Sequence record: PP496439.1
DNA length: 64,000 nucleotides
Direction: 5' to 3' (one strand)
Shown: piece by piece, positions 19,009-28,063 of the stretch
How the letters are laid out: each line of letters starts with the position of its first letter
Position numbering within the stretch: position 1 is the stretch's first letter
Made by a program: the position numbers and the translations under genes
The notes under the pieces: generated by a model
Databases searched by the model: none
Told to the model about the DNA's origin: nothing
Seen by the model: the letters and a program-made list of their open reading frames with translations, nothing else

Positions 19009-20487
19009 ATGAAATCTGTAGCCGTTGACTACCAAAAGATAGCCAAGGAATGCCAGTGCACCGAGCTGCCTTCCAAGGTAAGAGTTACTCGTGCACGGGT
19101 CTATCCAAACTTGAGGACGTGCCTACTCTTCCTCAAGTACGATGCCAAAGGTGAACTGGTACAAGCCGAGATCACTGCGCCGTACGACACGTCCACCGAG
19201 CCAAAGGTGAGGGTGCTCAAACATCCTGACAAGAAGTCCGACTTCCTTTCATTATATAGGGCGCTGATCCGCCACCAGATCATACCCGAGTCTATTCCGA
19301 AGAAAGGTAACGGGATTGCACCAACGCTGGAGGTCATCGGCACACTGGTGAGCCTGCTGCCGGAACGGGATGTCGAAACCTTCCGTACGCTGACCCCGGC
19401 CATCCAGACTGGCAGCGTCATGTACGTCCCGCTGGTCACGTCCCGGCCAATGCCCATGGTGCAACACTGGATACCTGTTGACCAGCATTCAGAGCTGGGC
19501 ATGATCGAGCTGGTCGATACGGATAGCAAGCCTTTCCTTAATCAGTGGGTCAACAGGTTGAGCAACACCGCCACTGGTTATGTGATCTACACCCCCGAAG
19601 GCTCACACGGTCAGGAACTAGCCTGCTTCCGGGTGCCCAATGTGCAAGGGGAGGAACTGTGTGTGGTCAAGAAGGTTGACTTCACCCTGACTGTTGCTCG
19701 CACGCTCAAGCCGGTACTGACTGTATCCACCAAGAGTACTCGGGCAGTGTCCCGCATTCCCCTACCCCACTATCTGATGCTGCGCAATCACCACATAAAG
19801 GTGGGCACGGTTATTTCCCTGCGTCGTAACGACCGAGGTGGGTTGGTGTACCATGAGACGGTGGCCGAGGAAGGCATGACGCCCCTGCCACTGTGCCCAC
19901 ACTGCCACAGTGGCTCTGTGCTGAGAGGTAGTAGCAATGACGTGTACTGCAATAACGATTCATGCCGAGGCCTAGCCATCGTGCGACTTCGCTACATCTT
20001 GAACAACAAGCTGGACGTCAAGTACCTGAGCGACAATAAGGTAACAGCGCTGATCAATGACAAGCAGGACCTGTTCAGCTTGCTTAAGACACCGACTCAC
20101 CTATTGCGGCACAGAGCGGGCTTCGGTGCACGTACGGTGGATGCGCTGGAAGAGAAGCTGAACACTATCGCCGGTCTTCCACTGCACACGCTGGCCGAGA
20201 TGTCCTGCGCTTTCTACAACGTGGGTGTGCCCCCGCTGGATGAGATGGTGTTCAAGAAGATCTTTTCCGTTATGTCGATTGACTACCTGAAAGCACTGCC
20301 CTCCACCGGTAAGATGTACAGCCAGTTGCTCGACATCGAAGGTATCCGCAACAACCGCGCAGTGGCTTTCCTTGCTGGCTGGCCTGCATTTCAACAGTGG
20401 ATGATAGACCTGAACGCTGCCCTACAGTCTCGCAGCGCAATCTCCTCCACGGTAAATAACCCGAAACAAATTCGAGGTGTGAAATGA
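19009..20487 (+). CDS. NAD-dependent DNA ligase homolog, probably catalytically inactive
   Basis: OB-fold segment (LKPVL...IKVGTVISLRR), CPHC...CNNDSC zinc finger and HhH (AGFGARTV) are present. No KxDG adenylation motif. Start revised to ATG 19009. Confidence 0.65.
   Translation: MKSVAVDYQKIAKECQCTELPSKVRVTRARVYPNLRTCLLFLKYDAKGELVQAEITAPYDTSTEPKVRVLKHPDKKSDFLSLYRALIRHQIIPESIPKKGNGIAPTLEVIGTLVSLLPERDVETFRTLTPAIQTGSVMYVPLVTSRPMPMVQHWIPVDQHSELGMIELVDTDSKPFLNQWVNRLSNTATGYVIYTPEGSHGQELACFRVPNVQGEELCVVKKVDFTLTVARTLKPVLTVSTKSTRAVSRIPLPHYLMLRNHHIKVGTVISLRRNDRGGLVYHETVAEEGMTPLPLCPHCHSGSVLRGSSNDVYCNNDSCRGLAIVRLRYILNNKLDVKYLSDNKVTALINDKQDLFSLLKTPTHLLRHRAGFGARTVDALEEKLNTIAGLPLHTLAEMSCAFYNVGVPPLDEMVFKKIFSVMSIDYLKALPSTGKMYSQLLDIEGIRNNRAVAFLAGWPAFQQWMIDLNAALQSRSAISSTVNNPKQIRGVK
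20452..20458 (+). promoter_or_regulatory. GTAAATR element upstream of queC-1
   Basis: GTAAATA about 25 nt before the ATG at 20484. Confidence 0.45.
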
Positions 20488-21248
20488 ACAATCAAAACAG
20501 AACTCGTATCGCTGTGCTTGTCGGCGGCGGTCTGGACTCACATGCGTACATGGTATTGAAAGCCGACCAGCCTCAGACAGACTTCATTCATGTGGACTAC
20601 GGCCAGCGGGTTGCAGTAGCCGAGAGAAACGCCGTGTTGCAAATGGCTGAGAAGCTGGGCATTGCCCGCAGCCGGGTGTACACGCTGATCTGCAACAAGA
20701 AGAATCACATGCGCAAGGTCAATGACGGTGTGGGTGTGTTGTTTGGCACCGGCCCGGTCGAGATGGACAATGCGTTTGTTAAGGGACGTAACCTGTTCCT
20801 GATTCAGAAGGCCATCGAGCTGGGCTACGGTCACGTGCACTTGACGCTGACCCAAGAGCGTGGCCGGATGTTCCCCGATGCCGATCTGGCATTCGTCCAG
20901 CTGGTTGACAACCTGATGCACCGCAGTTATGACGTGAGGGTATCCGCCCCCTACATCATGGAAGACAAGCATCGGGTGATGTTCAAGGCGTATCGGCATT
21001 GCCCCGAGTTCCTCGATATGTCTTTCACGTGCTGGGTAGGTCCTTATGTGGAATGTGGCACGTGCCCGCACTGCGTCAAGAAGGAAAAGATTCGAGCCGA
21101 GATGATCGTTGAGAAGATTGAATACGATCTCAGCAAGGATGAACGTGAGGCGCAGTGGGAGCAAGTCAAGGCAGGCTACGGCGACGCGTTGAAGCCCGCT
21201 GAGACCATCAACATGAACATTCAGGTTGTTGACGGAGGACTGAAATGA
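20484..21248 (+). CDS. queC: QueC-family ATP pyrophosphatase (paralog 1)
   Basis: GGGLDS PP-loop, DYGQR, FVKGRNL, FPD and TC...CGTCPHC zinc motif. Confidence 0.8.
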   Translation: MNNQNRTRIAVLVGGGLDSHAYMVLKADQPQTDFIHVDYGQRVAVAERNAVLQMAEKLGIARSRVYTLICNKKNHMRKVNDGVGVLFGTGPVEMDNAFVKGRNLFLIQKAIELGYGHVHLTLTQERGRMFPDADLAFVQLVDNLMHRSYDVRVSAPYIMEDKHRVMFKAYRHCPEFLDMSFTCWVGPYVECGTCPHCVKKEKIRAEMIVEKIEYDLSKDEREAQWEQVKAGYGDALKPAETINMNIQVVDGGLK

Positions 21249-21955
21249 ACAAGTTCTTAGGTTGGTTCAAGCGTCTGCTGGATAAGAAGCACAAGTCGAT
21301 CACGATGACGTTGACCGACGCCGAAGGTAAGTTGGTCACCATCCACATACCGCAAGGTGCGGGTGTCGAATACACGCTCTCGAAGTCGGGCACCCACTTG
21401 AACGTCTCAGTTAAAGACGACGTCTTCATGTTGCGCACGAATGGCGCTGGAGTCGGTGGCAGTGGAAGTTCCAAGCCCGGTCTCAACGGTGGCCCCGGCC
21501 ATACACCTATCCCCCGGTCCCCAAGCTTCACGGGCGCTGGTACGCCGAACTACGGTCACGCAGGCGACCCGCCTGTTGGTGCTCAAGCTTCGTTCCCTAT
21601 CGGCGCCCGAGCAACTGTTTCTGGTGGTGGGCGCGTTGGTGGCCTGTCAGGTGGAAGCGCAAACGGCACAATGGCTGGTGGTGGAGATGGCTTCGTTCCC
21701 TCTCCAATCCGTAGCTCTGATCGAGCTTACCTGATTAGAGGTTTGTATTACGTCATCACGACGAAGAAGATAACGGGAGAGCAATACCCGATCCATGAGC
21801 TTCTGCATTGGGGTAAGAAGTCAATCGAACTCATGGGCAAGTTCTCCACCGTCCGAGACGCTATCGACGAACTCAAATTGAAGACGGGTATCCCATTCGA
21901 AGACCTGACGGACTATCAGGTTGATTCCCTTCCCAAACGACTGTGCAAGCCTTGA
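21245..21955 (+). CDS. Gly/Pro-rich hypothetical protein
   Basis: 236 aa with an ATGA overlap and a central low-complexity linker. Confidence 0.65.
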   Translation: MNKFLGWFKRLLDKKHKSITMTLTDAEGKLVTIHIPQGAGVEYTLSKSGTHLNVSVKDDVFMLRTNGAGVGGSGSSKPGLNGGPGHTPIPRSPSFTGAGTPNYGHAGDPPVGAQASFPIGARATVSGGGRVGGLSGGSANGTMAGGGDGFVPSPIRSSDRAYLIRGLYYVITTKKITGEQYPIHELLHWGKKSIELMGKFSTVRDAIDELKLKTGIPFEDLTDYQVDSLPKRLCKP

Positions 21956-21959
21956 TCGG

Positions 21960-21966
21960 GTAAATG
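21960..21966 (+). promoter_or_regulatory. GTAAATR element upstream of the second QueC-like gene
   Basis: GTAAATGGTCCGTAACT, about 27 nt before the ATG at 21994. Confidence 0.55.
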
Positions 21967-21993
21967 GTCCGTAACTAATCCGGAGACACCAGC

Positions 21994-22812
21994 ATGACCA
22001 CTGCGCCCCCAAAGATTATCGTTGCATTCAGCGCCGGTACAGATTCAACTACAGCGGCCTACTACTATCGCAAGCTCGGCTATCAGGTAACGCTGGCCGT
22101 GTTCGATGACGGCGCATGCAACGATCCACTTGGCCCTCTGTACGATCCGAACAAGCCGAAGGACTTGACCAACTTCTCGGATGAGTTCTACGATTACGTA
22201 CGGATTCACCAAGAGCACACGGAAGGCCATCTTCAGTTCGACTTCGTGGAGATTCGTTATCCGCAACTCGCATTGCTGGAAGCCAACAAGACAGCCAAGC
22301 CCGGTCGGGACAATGCAGCAGCAGCAGAGGCTGACGGCTTGGGCTTCTGGGTCGGCTTCAAGGGCCTGATGGCAATGTTGCTGATGAGCCACGGCGCCGC
22401 CAATGGTTACGAGGCAGTAGTCTTCGGCCACATGCCGTACAACAACCATTACGAAGATGAGCTGCCCCAGAACTTCGAGCTGCTGCGTCAGTACATGGTT
22501 ACGGCCTATGGCAGCCGAGTGGAAATTCCTCAGATCTACCACCCATTCTATCGACCGAATTTCGATACCAAGGAAAAGGTTATTGAGCTGGCTCAGGCAA
22601 TCGGCGTGCCCTTGCGAGATACCTATTCGTGCCGCCGAGGTGAAGTAGAAACCCGAGGTATCCTCCTGCCACTTCTGCGTGGCGGTAACTCCAACTACGT
22701 GAGCCCCACCTACCGTTGGAAGCATTGTGGTACGTGTGAGAACTGTGTCGAACGCAAGCGAGCCTTCGCGGCGCTGGGCATGAAAGATCCTGCCCCTTAT
22801 ATGGAACATTGA
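21994..22812 (+). CDS. QueC-like ATP pyrophosphatase (paralog 2, divergent)
   Basis: FSAGTDS PP-loop, TKEKVIELAQAIGVPLRDTYSC, and HCGTCENCVERKRAF. Confidence 0.75.
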   Translation: MTTAPPKIIVAFSAGTDSTTAAYYYRKLGYQVTLAVFDDGACNDPLGPLYDPNKPKDLTNFSDEFYDYVRIHQEHTEGHLQFDFVEIRYPQLALLEANKTAKPGRDNAAAAEADGLGFWVGFKGLMAMLLMSHGAANGYEAVVFGHMPYNNHYEDELPQNFELLRQYMVTAYGSRVEIPQIYHPFYRPNFDTKEKVIELAQAIGVPLRDTYSCRRGEVETRGILLPLLRGGNSNYVSPTYRWKHCGTCENCVERKRAFAALGMKDPAPYMEH

Positions 22813-22813
22813 T

Positions 22814-23830
22814 ATGGCCCTTTCAATCTGGCCGCTGACCGAAGGTGAACTCGGTCAGGGCCTCGTCAACGAACTGAATCGTACCAGCAAGGCGCTGGTG
22901 AACCGGAGTATGTGGTCTTTGCCATTGCTCCGGCGTTTGTTTTATCGGCGCACCGAGATTGGTGTCCCGGAGCTACTCCACGTCTGTACCAGCATTCATC
23001 GGGGCAAGACTTACTTCTGCCTGTTGGTGAACTTCCGAGATGTGGTGATGGGCAACCCCGAGCAATACGGATGGGACCTAGCTGGCCGGTGGTTGTTCTA
23101 CGATGTGGATCTGCTGGATACCCCGGAGTTTAAACAGGTAAACGCGGCTATTCGTAAGGTGGCTACGGTCAACACGGTTACCTACGGTCAAGCATTCGTT
23201 CCGGATGAAGGTGGTATGGGGGAGGAGCACTGGATCAAGAAACTGAAAGGTAACTACCGCCCCCACATCTTCGGCGAAAAGTCAAAACAGGTTATCGTCA
23301 GTCAGACCTGCGGACACGCGGCTACTCACGTTCTGACCGAGGCAGTGATGTCATTCGGTATCCAGCGCGCTGAGAGATTTCTCGCGGAAGGTCAGTCGGA
23401 TGTCATGCCGGAGTTGTATGACCTACCCATGCAGCTAGCCGGTCTAGGCTCGATCCCTGGAACCCGGATTGGCACCGTGTCGCTCACCTGCCGGGATACC
23501 CGTGCGCTGATCGGTACCCTGTCGTTCTACGTTGTGGCAGGCTTGGGTCACAGTGATATCTTGTATATGCACGAGATGCTGATTGATCCGGATCCGAAGT
23601 GGAAGCCTCTATCGGTGGCCGTCAACTTGCACATTCAGGCAATCATGTATGTGCGCTATCTAAACAGCCGATCTGATCGGGCTTCGGACTTGGTTATCAA
23701 CCTCGGATTCAACTTGGACGAGAAGTACAACACATACAAAGAGGTGTTCCGTCCGAACAAGTCCGAAATGGAAATCTATACCGGCATGCACACCGAGCCC
23801 GGCGTCCCACTGTCCTGTTTCAAGGGGTAA
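22814..23830 (+). CDS. FemABX/GNAT-like (putative aminoacyl/acyl transferase) protein 1
   Basis: WIKKLKGNYRPHI segment and C-terminal INLGFNLDEKYNTYKEVF, a Fem-like (D/N)LG...YK..F pattern. Confidence 0.5.
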   Translation: MALSIWPLTEGELGQGLVNELNRTSKALVNRSMWSLPLLRRLFYRRTEIGVPELLHVCTSIHRGKTYFCLLVNFRDVVMGNPEQYGWDLAGRWLFYDVDLLDTPEFKQVNAAIRKVATVNTVTYGQAFVPDEGGMGEEHWIKKLKGNYRPHIFGEKSKQVIVSQTCGHAATHVLTEAVMSFGIQRAERFLAEGQSDVMPELYDLPMQLAGLGSIPGTRIGTVSLTCRDTRALIGTLSFYVVAGLGHSDILYMHEMLIDPDPKWKPLSVAVNLHIQAIMYVRYLNSRSDRASDLVINLGFNLDEKYNTYKEVFRPNKSEMEIYTGMHTEPGVPLSCFKG

Positions 23831-23833
23831 GAC

Positions 23834-24835
23834 ATGTACACTCCGTATTCCCAAAACAGTCTGATGCAATCGATCCCGTTGGATGACCAAGGTACATTCG
23901 CCCATCCGCCGTATACGATGGAAGGAGAGTTAACCGACGTGTGGACGAACCCCAACCTATATGGGTTCGTCAGCCTGTTGAACGGCCAGAGCAATAGCCG
24001 GGCCTATCGAGACTGGATGACCACCCACAATCTTCCAGCACTGTTCCTCGGTCCGCATCATGAAGACAACTTCTGGTTTGAATTCAGCACTGGTCTCTAT
24101 TCCAACTGCACGCTGGATTACAACGAGATCAACGTCCAAGGCAACCTGCAGGACTTCCTTGGGAGATTGACGTCATCTCGCCGTCGCTCCGTGCTCAAGG
24201 CAAAGGAAACGGATACAATGATCCACAAGGCAGGCTCGGTAGCCAACTTCAACCTGTATCATCCGGTGGAGGGTAGGCTGTATAGTCTTACCGCGATTCA
24301 CGAACGCCGGGTGATGAAAGATATTTCAGAGTTTATCGAATCGAAACTTTGGAGTATGAAGCAGACGCCTACTGACCTCACGTACGGGGCATTCACCACT
24401 CTGATGGACTACATCCGGTTGAAGCAGCGAGAGGATACGCCACTCGGCCACCTACTGCGCGCCGTTCATCTATTGGTCATTCGAGACGAACGTTCAGGGT
24501 TTATCGTGTCGGTACACCTGGTGGCGATCAACACGTTGAAAGATGATCGCCATAATCCTATCAAGACCTACTTGCACTCCTTTGCGCGCATCACTGTTCT
24601 CCCTGCACGTATCGCCCTACTCGCGTTGATCAAGGTGGTTCAAGAGTTAAACGTCACTAGTCAGTACGCGTCCCGTACACTGGCGAAGATTGACTATCTT
24701 GACGTGAGCAACGTGGTGCTGTCCGAGCGAGAGCAGTACAAGTCGGACTTCTTCACCGGCAAATGCCAAGTGCGTGCGTGGGCATCCCCGGCGCTGCTGG
24801 AACGACAGTTACCTTTCGTTACGCCGATCCCGTAA
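23834..24835 (+). CDS. FemABX/GNAT-like protein 2
   Basis: LQDFLGRLTSSRRRSVLKA and C-terminal YLDVSNVVLSEREQYKSDFF. Confidence 0.55.
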   Translation: MYTPYSQNSLMQSIPLDDQGTFAHPPYTMEGELTDVWTNPNLYGFVSLLNGQSNSRAYRDWMTTHNLPALFLGPHHEDNFWFEFSTGLYSNCTLDYNEINVQGNLQDFLGRLTSSRRRSVLKAKETDTMIHKAGSVANFNLYHPVEGRLYSLTAIHERRVMKDISEFIESKLWSMKQTPTDLTYGAFTTLMDYIRLKQREDTPLGHLLRAVHLLVIRDERSGFIVSVHLVAINTLKDDRHNPIKTYLHSFARITVLPARIALLALIKVVQELNVTSQYASRTLAKIDYLDVSNVVLSEREQYKSDFFTGKCQVRAWASPALLERQLPFVTPIP

Positions 24836-24839
24836 CTCT

Positions 24840-24846
24840 GTAAATG
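24840..24846 (+). promoter_or_regulatory. GTAAATR element
   Basis: Intergenic, about 43 nt before the ATG at 24890. Confidence 0.5.
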
Positions 24847-24889
24847 ATGGGAACAGCCCCACCATCACTTCATCTCTAGGGTAGTTCCC

Positions 24890-25942
24890 ATGCAAGACTT
24901 CGATAAGATAATGATCGATAGTAGTTTGACATCCAATCTGGTGTACGCAGGGTTGGGTAACTTGATCACGCCCCGCGCACTTGACCTGCTGATCGAACAT
25001 CAGGCTGCACTGGAAAACGTATACGCCAATCTGGAAACAGCGTATCAGATTACCCCACCCTTCCCCTGTGAAGCTGCATTCAATTACCCTGACAAAGATC
25101 CTGTGCTGGTCGCCGACTATCTGAATGCTACTCCCGCCATCCGTTGCGGAGAGCTGGCTGGATTCGAGGCAAAGCCCGGCAGTTACTACCATGCGCCCGC
25201 CGCTGGTATCTCCCCGGAACATCGCATCGACGTACGTGGTATGTCTTTGCGTGAGTTCGACCACTATCTGGTTGAGCGTAAGGAAGTATCCCGTATCACT
25301 ACCAATCTGGTGGCCGACAAGTTCCGCTGTGAGACGCATGTGTACAAAGTGGATGAAGATCATATCCTGATCCATGACGCCGAACGAGTTGGGATCAGCC
25401 AGACGGACTTCCGCCGCATGTGGGCGCAGACCCGCCGCCGGGAAATCGCTGAAAACTATCTGCAGTACATGCCCATCGAAGACTCCGCCAAGGATGATCA
25501 GGTGGTGCGACTGATCAACGAAGACGTAGCACGGGTGTTAGCCCAGAACGTCGACTACGACCGCATGATTCCGCCCGAGCTGATCTTCGATGGTCAGGGC
25601 AAGCCGGTGCTGACCGTGCTGAAAGATTGCAACGCCAAGGTGTTGGGCATTGGTGTGTACGTCATCTACAAGTCAGCTGACCCAGAGCATGACAGCGAAC
25701 TGCACTGGCGTGGCGCTTTCTACGATCACGAAGATCCTCGCGTAGCATCCATGGGCATTGAACACGCTCTGGTTGCCAGCGCACTGCACACAGCGTACGC
25801 CTGCAACGCGGTCCTCTATCTGACCAAGGCACCTAAGTCCGTGTGTGACGCATGGAAGACGGAAGTGCACCAAGGTTACGGGCTGGTCCGTAATGCGATG
25901 CCGGAACTGTCTGACACCCCTTACATTCTGGCTATCCAGTAA
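24890..25942 (+). CDS. FemABX/GNAT-like protein 3 (weakest match)
   Basis: SLREFDHYLVERKE segment, and a C-terminal GNAT-like strand/helix pattern ending LYLTKAPKSVCDAWK. Confidence 0.4.
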   Translation: MQDFDKIMIDSSLTSNLVYAGLGNLITPRALDLLIEHQAALENVYANLETAYQITPPFPCEAAFNYPDKDPVLVADYLNATPAIRCGELAGFEAKPGSYYHAPAAGISPEHRIDVRGMSLREFDHYLVERKEVSRITTNLVADKFRCETHVYKVDEDHILIHDAERVGISQTDFRRMWAQTRRREIAENYLQYMPIEDSAKDDQVVRLINEDVARVLAQNVDYDRMIPPELIFDGQGKPVLTVLKDCNAKVLGIGVYVIYKSADPEHDSELHWRGAFYDHEDPRVASMGIEHALVASALHTAYACNAVLYLTKAPKSVCDAWKTEVHQGYGLVRNAMPELSDTPYILAIQ

Positions 25943-25955
25943 ATAGCCGGTAACT
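25939..25955 (+). promoter_or_regulatory. Extended GTAAATR element
   Basis: GTAAATAGCCGGTAACT, 16/17 identical to the copy at 55744. Confidence 0.6.
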
Positions 25956-25975
25956 CCATCCATTGAGGTACTTCC

Positions 25976-28060
25976 ATGAAATCCGTGAACCCCATCTTCA
26001 AACACGTTCCCCAGTTCGACTGGCCTGTCATTCCCCGTGCGCAGTGGGAAGAGATCGTCAAGGGAAAAGAGCATGTGATGTTCGACTCCTTCTCGCAGCT
26101 CGCTCAAGTGTTGGCTATCCCGGTGAGCAGTTACCAGTTCTACTTCGAAGATGGGTCCACGTTGTTCGCCGGTCCCGAAGCAACCTTCACCGCCGCGCCG
26201 TACCCGCTGTATCAGGACCTTGAATTCGTCCTGACCCCTGACGAGACGTTGGTGCCGGGTCTTGCACTGGATACCAAACCGTGGGGCCTGTACACCGACG
26301 AATGGGTGGACAACTACGAAGGTGCGGACAAGGAAGACATCGGCAACAAGACCGGGTTCGAATTCATTCCGCTGTCGGACGCCTTGAAACTGGTGGTCCT
26401 CAACACGGAGACCATGCAGCTCCAGTACACTGCAATCGAGAGCTTCACGTACGACGGCGTGACTTACGTATACCTGCTGGCCGATGGCGTGTGCTGGGTA
26501 CTGGCGGGCAAGTCCGGTGGTCTGGTTGCCAGCGAGCATGACAAAGGTGCTGCGTTCATCATGGTGTCCCATCCCGAGTTCGCCGGGTGCAGCGTAGACA
26601 ACATGTACCCAAGTGAGTTCGGTGAAGCGGAAGCGACGTTCTACGTTCAAGACGAGGAACACAATTACCTGGACGCGGCTAACCGCATCTTCGAGGAAGC
26701 CAAGGACGTAGGCGCTGGCACTTTCCTGACCATTGAGACCGGGGATGGACTGCCGACGGCACTGGCCTACAACCTGCGTTACAGTGACGTGGCCCACGTT
26801 AACCTGCCGATGCACAACATCCACCAGTTCACGTCTCTTCACGTACGACTGGGCGAGACGCCTAACTTCTCCGAGGCCCCGGAAGCGTGCCGCATGAAAG
26901 AGGTGATGGAGTACCTGGCGGACCCCGAGTCCCCGGTAGACCATTACTGGTCTGCCATCATGGTACTGGAGAAGAACTTCCCCGGTTTCGCCGACGCCCT
27001 GAAAGACTCCAGTGTCCCAACCCGTGACATCGTGCACTCCAAACAGGCGTTCAGCTTGGAGATCGATCGCCAGTTCGGCAAGGAAGTGGCAAGCAAGATC
27101 GGCCTGAACACTGGCGTATTCGCCCAAGTGAAAGACCGTGATGAGTGGCTGACCCGTCAAGACGATTTTCCTACCGACAAGGTGGCCGTCAAGTACAACA
27201 CCAAACACTTCATCGGCATCTTCGACAAGGACGAGGTATCGAATTCCATCAACATGTGGCTGGCCGGTCAACCCGGAGAGTCGCTGATGATCGAAGAGTA
27301 CTTCGGTGAGGGCAATCAGGAATTCAACCTGTGCTATGTGATCAACGAAGAGTTCGTGCAGCCGACGCTGTTCCTGTGCGAAGTCAACAAGATCCTCGGT
27401 AATGACACCGGCGGCAAAGGTGGCAACACGCTGGCCTGCCATGATGCTCGTATTAACAAGTACCCTGAGTTCTTTGAGCCGGTCAATGCTGCGCTTGCTA
27501 ACCTGCATGAGCACGTGGAAGGTGTGAAGGGCTGGGTTGACCTGAGCTTCATGGTCCGCGACGGCATCCCTTACTTCACAGAGTGGTGCATTCGAATTGG
27601 CTGCTCCAACAACGCCACCATCGTGCGCCAGATGGAGACCCCGCTCGACGTTCTGCTGACCAACGTGGTTAACAAGGTGCATACCGAGCTGTCTTGGAAG
27701 CACTCCATGTCTGTCAGCGTGGACATCTACAGCATGCCGCTGTCCGCAGGCAATGATGCCAACATGCAGTTCACCGAGTCGCTGACCACGCCGGTCGAGA
27801 TGGTGTCCCCGCTCAATCTGGAACTGGCGGCGGAGAGTTTCTTCGACCCGATTGATTCGGCCTGGAACGCGGTGTACGACGGCTACATTGTCGAGGCGTA
27901 CAACCGATATGGCACCGTCTCGGGGTATTCCACCAACTGGAACTTCGCCTGCAATGCGGCGTACAATCACTTGAAAGATCAGTCGGTGTTGTACGGGGCA
28001 TACCGCGAAGCGCCTGCCCACCACGACCCACTGACTCTGTTCCCTTTCCTCAAGGCGTAA
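25976..28060 (+). CDS. ATP-grasp amide ligase, PurD (GAR synthetase)-like C-terminal half, with unknown N-terminal domain
   Basis: VAVK, LMIEEYFGEGNQEF, NKILGNDTGGKGGNT, and GWVDLSFMVRDGIPYFTEWCIRIG (compare PurD V.EFN.RFG). Confidence 0.65.
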   Translation: MKSVNPIFKHVPQFDWPVIPRAQWEEIVKGKEHVMFDSFSQLAQVLAIPVSSYQFYFEDGSTLFAGPEATFTAAPYPLYQDLEFVLTPDETLVPGLALDTKPWGLYTDEWVDNYEGADKEDIGNKTGFEFIPLSDALKLVVLNTETMQLQYTAIESFTYDGVTYVYLLADGVCWVLAGKSGGLVASEHDKGAAFIMVSHPEFAGCSVDNMYPSEFGEAEATFYVQDEEHNYLDAANRIFEEAKDVGAGTFLTIETGDGLPTALAYNLRYSDVAHVNLPMHNIHQFTSLHVRLGETPNFSEAPEACRMKEVMEYLADPESPVDHYWSAIMVLEKNFPGFADALKDSSVPTRDIVHSKQAFSLEIDRQFGKEVASKIGLNTGVFAQVKDRDEWLTRQDDFPTDKVAVKYNTKHFIGIFDKDEVSNSINMWLAGQPGESLMIEEYFGEGNQEFNLCYVINEEFVQPTLFLCEVNKILGNDTGGKGGNTLACHDARINKYPEFFEPVNAALANLHEHVEGVKGWVDLSFMVRDGIPYFTEWCIRIGCSNNATIVRQMETPLDVLLTNVVNKVHTELSWKHSMSVSVDIYSMPLSAGNDANMQFTESLTTPVEMVSPLNLELAAESFFDPIDSAWNAVYDGYIVEAYNRYGTVSGYSTNWNFACNAAYNHLKDQSVLYGAYREAPAHHDPLTLFPFLKA

Positions 28061-28063
28061 TCC

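Noticed and set aside
25976-28060. Reading the ATP-grasp gene as a 2-aminoadenine (Z-base) or purine biosynthesis gene
   Set aside because: PurZ is PurA-like, not ATP-grasp, and no other purine pathway genes are present.
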